From contig NIVC01003560.1 in NCBI GenBank assembly GCA_002269645.1, forward strand, positions 3,126 to 67,125: a stretch of 64,000 bases of DNA. Reading direction: 5' to 3'. The notes under the pieces were generated by a model that saw only the letters and a list, made by a program, of their open reading frames with translations, made no database searches and was not told where the DNA came from. Position 1 is the first letter of the stretch. Each line of letters begins with the position of its first letter. This document shows, in pieces, positions 59,021 through 64,000 of this stretch. Origin of the DNA: Macrostomum lignano (Eukaryota). The position numbers and the translations under genes were made by a program.

Positions 59021-60397
59021 TTTGCAACCGTAAAGTATTTTTCGAGTTCCAACTCGCTCACAGGCTTCGGTACACTCGTGTTTGGCAGCAGAATTAGTGA
59101 GACGCAAGGCTGTTCAGTCAGCAGTCAGCAGGTGCTTTTATCATGAAGCGAAAGCGTGCGCATAATTAGACATTTCTGCTCTCTACATCGAATAGCGTCC
59201 GCTCAGGCGATGCAGTTGGGGTGAACAGACCCAGAATCTTAACGCCGACATGCACTTACACACTCCGATGGGTCTGTAGTTTGTGGTGTATCGGTTTACT
59301 GCGCGAATTCGATCATCTTTGTTTACTTTTATGGTAGGGTTAATGAAACTTAACTATAGGCAGTGGTGGAGCGTATCTATCAATTGATCTGCCCAGAGTT
59401 GTAGTGTTAAATTTCTAAATTTTTATCTTCTCACTACAAATTCATTATTTATAGATAGTCTGCATTTCCCTTGAAATGTTCAAATAGTTAATTAGAGATG
59501 TAGTGCATCTTTTTGGTACGTTTGAACGCAAGTGCAGTTGCCCACAGCTTCTTTTAACCATTGCTATGCACTTTTGGTGACAATAACACACGCAACGGCA
59601 ATTTAAACAATAACAAAGGGTAAATTTATTTTTTTATGTTAGAAAAAAATCAAAAACTGTTCAACAAAGAAATCGTATGTTAATCAGTTAATACCATGCC
59701 TACACAGAAACGTCACTCAAAAAGAATATCGATCAGATTGCGACTGCCGCCAATGGTCACTTTCATCTTCTTTGACGGAGCAGCCTGCACACGTAGTGCG
59801 CCGTCGGTCTGGACAGGCTCTTGATAAATATCCGCACATTCGTCCATCATAGCCTCGCTTATTGTGATTGGATTTTGGACGAGCTAGCGCTGACTAGATA
59901 GTGTCTTGTGCAGTCTTTGAGAGTGAAATTTTTGAGAATGTTCTGTGTGCCATGGCTTACGGAGGGAATCGCTGAAATGCACAACAAGGCTTATGGGAGA
60001 AATTGCTGAGATTTTGTTTTCATGAGGTATTTCCGAGATGCCAAGGGTCCGGGCTAGCGTTGCCATGGCTAAAGGGAGGCTTTGGTGTCTTACGAGCGTA
60101 GGCCATGTTGAAAGCTACATATGCATATAGTTTATTTAATCAATTTTTTACTCCTTTCTCCTCAATGAAAGGCGAAGATTGTTACTAGTGTGTTCTGATT
60201 GTGAGCTACAGTAACCGATCGTTAAAAAACATGCTGCCCATCGGCACAAAGCTTAACTGGTACTAACCTCTTAAAAACTGATGCTTGCTACTAAAAGTAA
60301 GGTTTTGCGCAAGCATTATTAAATGTTCTTCTGCATTTGCTTTGCTTTGAAACCTTATGCACTGATTTCATTGTTACTGTCAGAAAATAGAAGCATG

Positions 60398-61402
60398 ATT
60401 CAATGCTGTGCTCAATGCTACACTGATTGTTCAATGCTGTGCTCAATGCTACACTGATTGTTCAATGCTGTGCTCAATGCTACACTGATTGGTCAGTGCT
60501 GTGCTCAATGCTACACTGATTGTTCAATGCTGTGCTCAATGCTACACTGATTGTTCAATGCTGTGCTCAATGCTACACTGATTGGTCAGTGCTGTGCTCA
60601 ATGCTACACTGATTGTTCAATGCTGTGCTCAATGCTACACTGATTGTTCAATGCTGTGCTCAATGCTACACTGATTATTCAATGCAGTGCTCAGTGCTAC
60701 ACTGATTGTTCAGTGCTGTGCTCATTGCTACACTGATTGTTCAATGCTGTGCTCAATGCTACACTGATTATTCAATCCTGTGCTCAATGCTACACTGATT
60801 GGTCAATGCTGTGCTCAATGCTACACTGATTGTTCAATGCTGTGCTCAATGCTACACTGATTGGTCAATGCTGTGCTCAATGCTTCACTTGTTAAATGCT
60901 GTGCTCAATGCTACACTGATTGGTCAATGCTGTGCTCAATGCTTCACTTGTTCAATGCTGTGCTCAGTGCTACACTGATTATTCAATGCTGTGCTCAATG
61001 CTACACTGATTGTTCAATGCTGTGCTCAATGCTAACTGATTATTCAATGCTGTGCTCAATGCTACACTGATTGTTCAATGCTGTGCTCAATGCTAAACTG
61101 ATTATTCAATGCTGTGCTCAATGCTACACTGATTATTCAATGCTGTGCTCAATGCTTCACTTGTTCAATGCTGTGCTCAGTGCTACACTGATTATTCAAT
61201 GCTGTGCTCAATGCTACACTGATTGTTCAATGCTGTGCTCAATGCTACACTGATTGTTCAATGCTGTGCTCAATGCTACACTGATTGTTCAATGCTGTGC
61301 TCAATGCTACACTGATTGTTCAATGCTGTGCTCAATGCTACACTGATTGTTCAATGCTGTGCTCAATGCTACACTGATTGTTCAATGCTGTGCTCAATGC
61401 TA
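60398..61402. repeat. 31-bp minisatellite (TTCAATGCTGTGCTCAATGCTACACTGATTG)
   Basis: About 32 visible copies. Confidence 0.95.
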
Positions 61403-61885
61403 ACTTTGAGCTCAATTAGCTGAGTTAAGAACAACGCTATCTTTATTAATGTTGATGCATTTATTCCTGGCAAGTCTCTCCATACTCGTACAAGGGCGTG
61501 ACCTAGATCACAAGAAATAATTACAACAGTCACAGTGGCATGGCTTAAATTTACAAGATGTGTCTACTATTAGCAAGCTTAATTAAGTCATTTTAGTTTA
61601 GAATAGCACCGAACTGGGCTTGCGGCTTGCAGCTTACCAAGCAGCTCTGGATTCAGAGATTATATAATTAAAACCTGAGCCTTTTAGCTACCCTAGCATC
61701 AGCAGGTGCAAATACTTTCTTCATTTGCAAAATATCTTTATGTAGCTAGCGGCTGATCGAGAGGACAAGCAGTTAAATTGAACTTATTGGCACCTGGCAA
61801 GTCATGATCTCCGTGGCTGCACAGTACGAGCTTTACTGGATTTTGCTTAATTTTCGGCGTTTCAAACTAGCTAGCCATGGTTTAA

Positions 61886-62569
61886 CAGTAGAACTACCGA
61901 GGGTATTTCGGATTCCACCGACAATTTTTGCTGCGCCGGAACGGAGCAACGCAGGGCGCACGAAATTCAAAAAACACACGGCTTTTTGTTGCGCTTCTTC
62001 TCAAACAACAACCAAGTTGCCAGCTCTCCGGACCGTCGAGATATTCGACGTCTCGGTGCCAACGATGGCTGAATGAATATTCGAATTCTAGTTGAAACTA
62101 GTTGAAGATACCTGGCAGTTGAGGTTTGCCCACTGTGGATGCTTGATCAGCGAAACTAGAGAAATCCGCATCATGGTGTTCATTGTCACCTGGTGCAACC
62201 GGTTGAAGGTCAAGAAGCTCTACCTGGGTGAAGGTCAGTGACCAACGAAGTCAGTGCTGATGCAGACACGTGTGGTCGACGTGCTGATGAAACTTGGAGG
62301 CTTGGCAAGGCTGCACTGAGGCGCAGTGCTGATTGGCGCACAGGTGGGAAAAATCCGACCCTCTGGCAGAATCGTCGAATATCTCGACAGTCCGGAAGGG
62401 CTGGCGACTTGATTCTTGTTTGAGAAGGTGCGCAACGAAAAGTCAGCCCGTGTTCGCGTTGCTTCGTTCCGGCGCAGCAAATAAATTTCGGGGGGGGGGA
62501 TTCTCCTCCTTGGTTCGAGTATAGTTCGAAGGACAGCAAAATGGTTTCTTGTTCTTGGTATCCCTACTG
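61886..62569. mobile_element. Non-autonomous TTAA-targeting DNA element with long subterminal inverted repeats
   Basis: TTAA on both sides (61882-85 and 62570-73), termini CAGTAG / CTACTG, about 130-bp imperfect IR at 61925-62050 and 62365-62490. Confidence 0.7.
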
Positions 62570-63588
62570 TTAACGCGAAAAAAGCAATCGAAATGAAACA
62601 GTATAAAGCAAATAAAAAATTGGAAACTTTGCCGTGTCAGCAGCGAGATGTACCAAATAAAGCTAATCTCAATATAAAAACAGCACCTTATTGGCCATAT
62701 ACTTAAAAAAACTAAGCAAGTCGTGAACAGCGAATGAATATGAAAAATATAAAGTTTGAAGAAAGTGCTGCTGTACTATTTGTTTTTAAAATCGAGGTTT
62801 GTTGCAGTATCAATCACAGACAAAAATGAGTATCACGATGAGAAGTTCAGGAAGTTCACGGTCTCATAAACTGGTAACTCAAGGCATTAACCCTCGCTAA
62901 TGATCTACCCAAAAAGTGAATACAAAATTAAAATATTAAGAATTGGGCCAGAGGATGCAAATCACGAATCAGGAAGCATTTTCAGTAAAAATACAAATAA
63001 CTAAAAATAGAGTATAAAAAATCGCAGAGACCGTCAATTAACAAACAAGGAAAGCATGCGACTATTAAAAGAATGAGATAACCATGGTTCTTATAAATAA
63101 ATTATTTTTTAAAACCTGGGCTGCAAAATAACTTGAATGAAAATTTTGAAACACCTACGTCAGAATGAAAGAATGTCAGTACAGCTATAACAATGTCAAA
63201 AATGTTCCAATAGGAAGTGGTGTTTATATAGAAGTATAAGGTATACAATTTCCAGGCAATGCATCATCAGTCATTTGATTCAGTCTGAATAGTTTTGGCA
63301 TGGTGTCTATACCTACAGCATGGGGTAAACATAACCAATTACAAAAGAATGACGTTACATTCGATTGTCTTCGAAATGAGCCGGGAAGCTGGTAATGAAC
63401 GTGCATGTTTCATATTGCTAATGCTTTCAGTATGCACTGGAGAACGGATAGCGGTTATGGGATTTTGCCATAGACAAAATCGGTGGATAAAAATTAGCGC
63501 TTGAAGATCCGATTTCTCGTGAGCACGCCAAATGCACTGGCGACGGCCTCCCAGCTCATTCCTAAGAAATCTGAGTGTAGCGACCTTT

Positions 63589-63817
63589 TTAAGCATGCCG
63601 AATTAGCAGCGACATTTTTGGATTGACAGCCAAATTTGACGCAATTGGGTATTAGTTGGTAGTCGGCGCTCTTTGATGTTGCCGCCAATTTCGTAGAGGT
63701 TGAAATCGTCCGGGTTGTTGCCGCTGCCGCAACGGCGATGCAACAAATCCCAGGCTGTTAGTTCGCGTGTAGGCTGATGTTCTGACAACTGCCATCCGGC
63801 AACGTCAGGCTAATGGA
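63589..63817 (-). pseudogene. Terminal exon resembling the ARHGAP18/28/40 (conundrum) RhoGAP C-terminus, with two 1-nt frameshifts
   Basis: Acceptor CTTCCCACAG; FNLYEIGGNIKERRL resembles the recalled ARHGAP18 FLYEIGGNIGERCL; adding one base at about 63765 and one at about 63630 gives ...LHAELTAWDLL...IWAVNPKMSLLIRHA*. Confidence 0.55.
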
Positions 63818-64000
63818 CTGTGGGAAGGGTGATTAGTGCTTCTTGAGTGCTACTCTCCAAACTGAAATAACAATACTATATTATTCTCTGACTCAAGTAG
63901 GCCGTATTGCCTTCTATTCCAATTTCTGATTTCAATAAGTTCAGCCCGTCCGATGATAGTTAAGCCGTTGATTCTCTGTAGAATAAAAATAATTGAACTA

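Overview
Eukaryotic (metazoan) genomic DNA with GT-AG introns packed with tandem repeats. The repeat style, the (TTAGGG)n tract and the receptor type suggest a free-living flatworm such as Macrostomum (inference, not verified). Host genes from left to right: a glycyl-tRNA synthetase (minus strand, 8 exons, running off the left edge); a PP2C-like (Drosophila CG9801-type) phosphatase; a 3-exon secreted 8-Cys orphan protein; a MAPKAP kinase 2/3; one intact and two disrupted rhodopsin-type peptide GPCR paralogs; a tandemly duplicated orphan membrane-protein gene; and a frameshifted last exon resembling the ARHGAP18/conundrum C-terminus. Mobile DNA includes hAT-, Tc1/mariner-, Harbinger- and TTAA-type MITEs, three solo LTRs, a piggyBac relic interrupted by an RTE-like LINE, and a Harbinger transposon containing a full-length LOA-type LINE. 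Main leads: (1) a CPEB3/HDV-like self-cleaving ribozyme fold at the 5' end of the LOA LINE; (2) a GlyRS that looks dedicated to mitochondria (presequence, no second AUG, no insertion 3); (3) an in-frame 4x expansion of a KK-bounded amphipathic 25-mer in an orphan protein; (4) an N-myristoylation motif on MK2; (5) a Trp-to-UGA codon shared by two GPCR paralogs whose post-stop tails are identical; (6) minisatellites that start at, or contain, splice sites. All protein assignments come from motif recall and manual splicing; no database searches were run.
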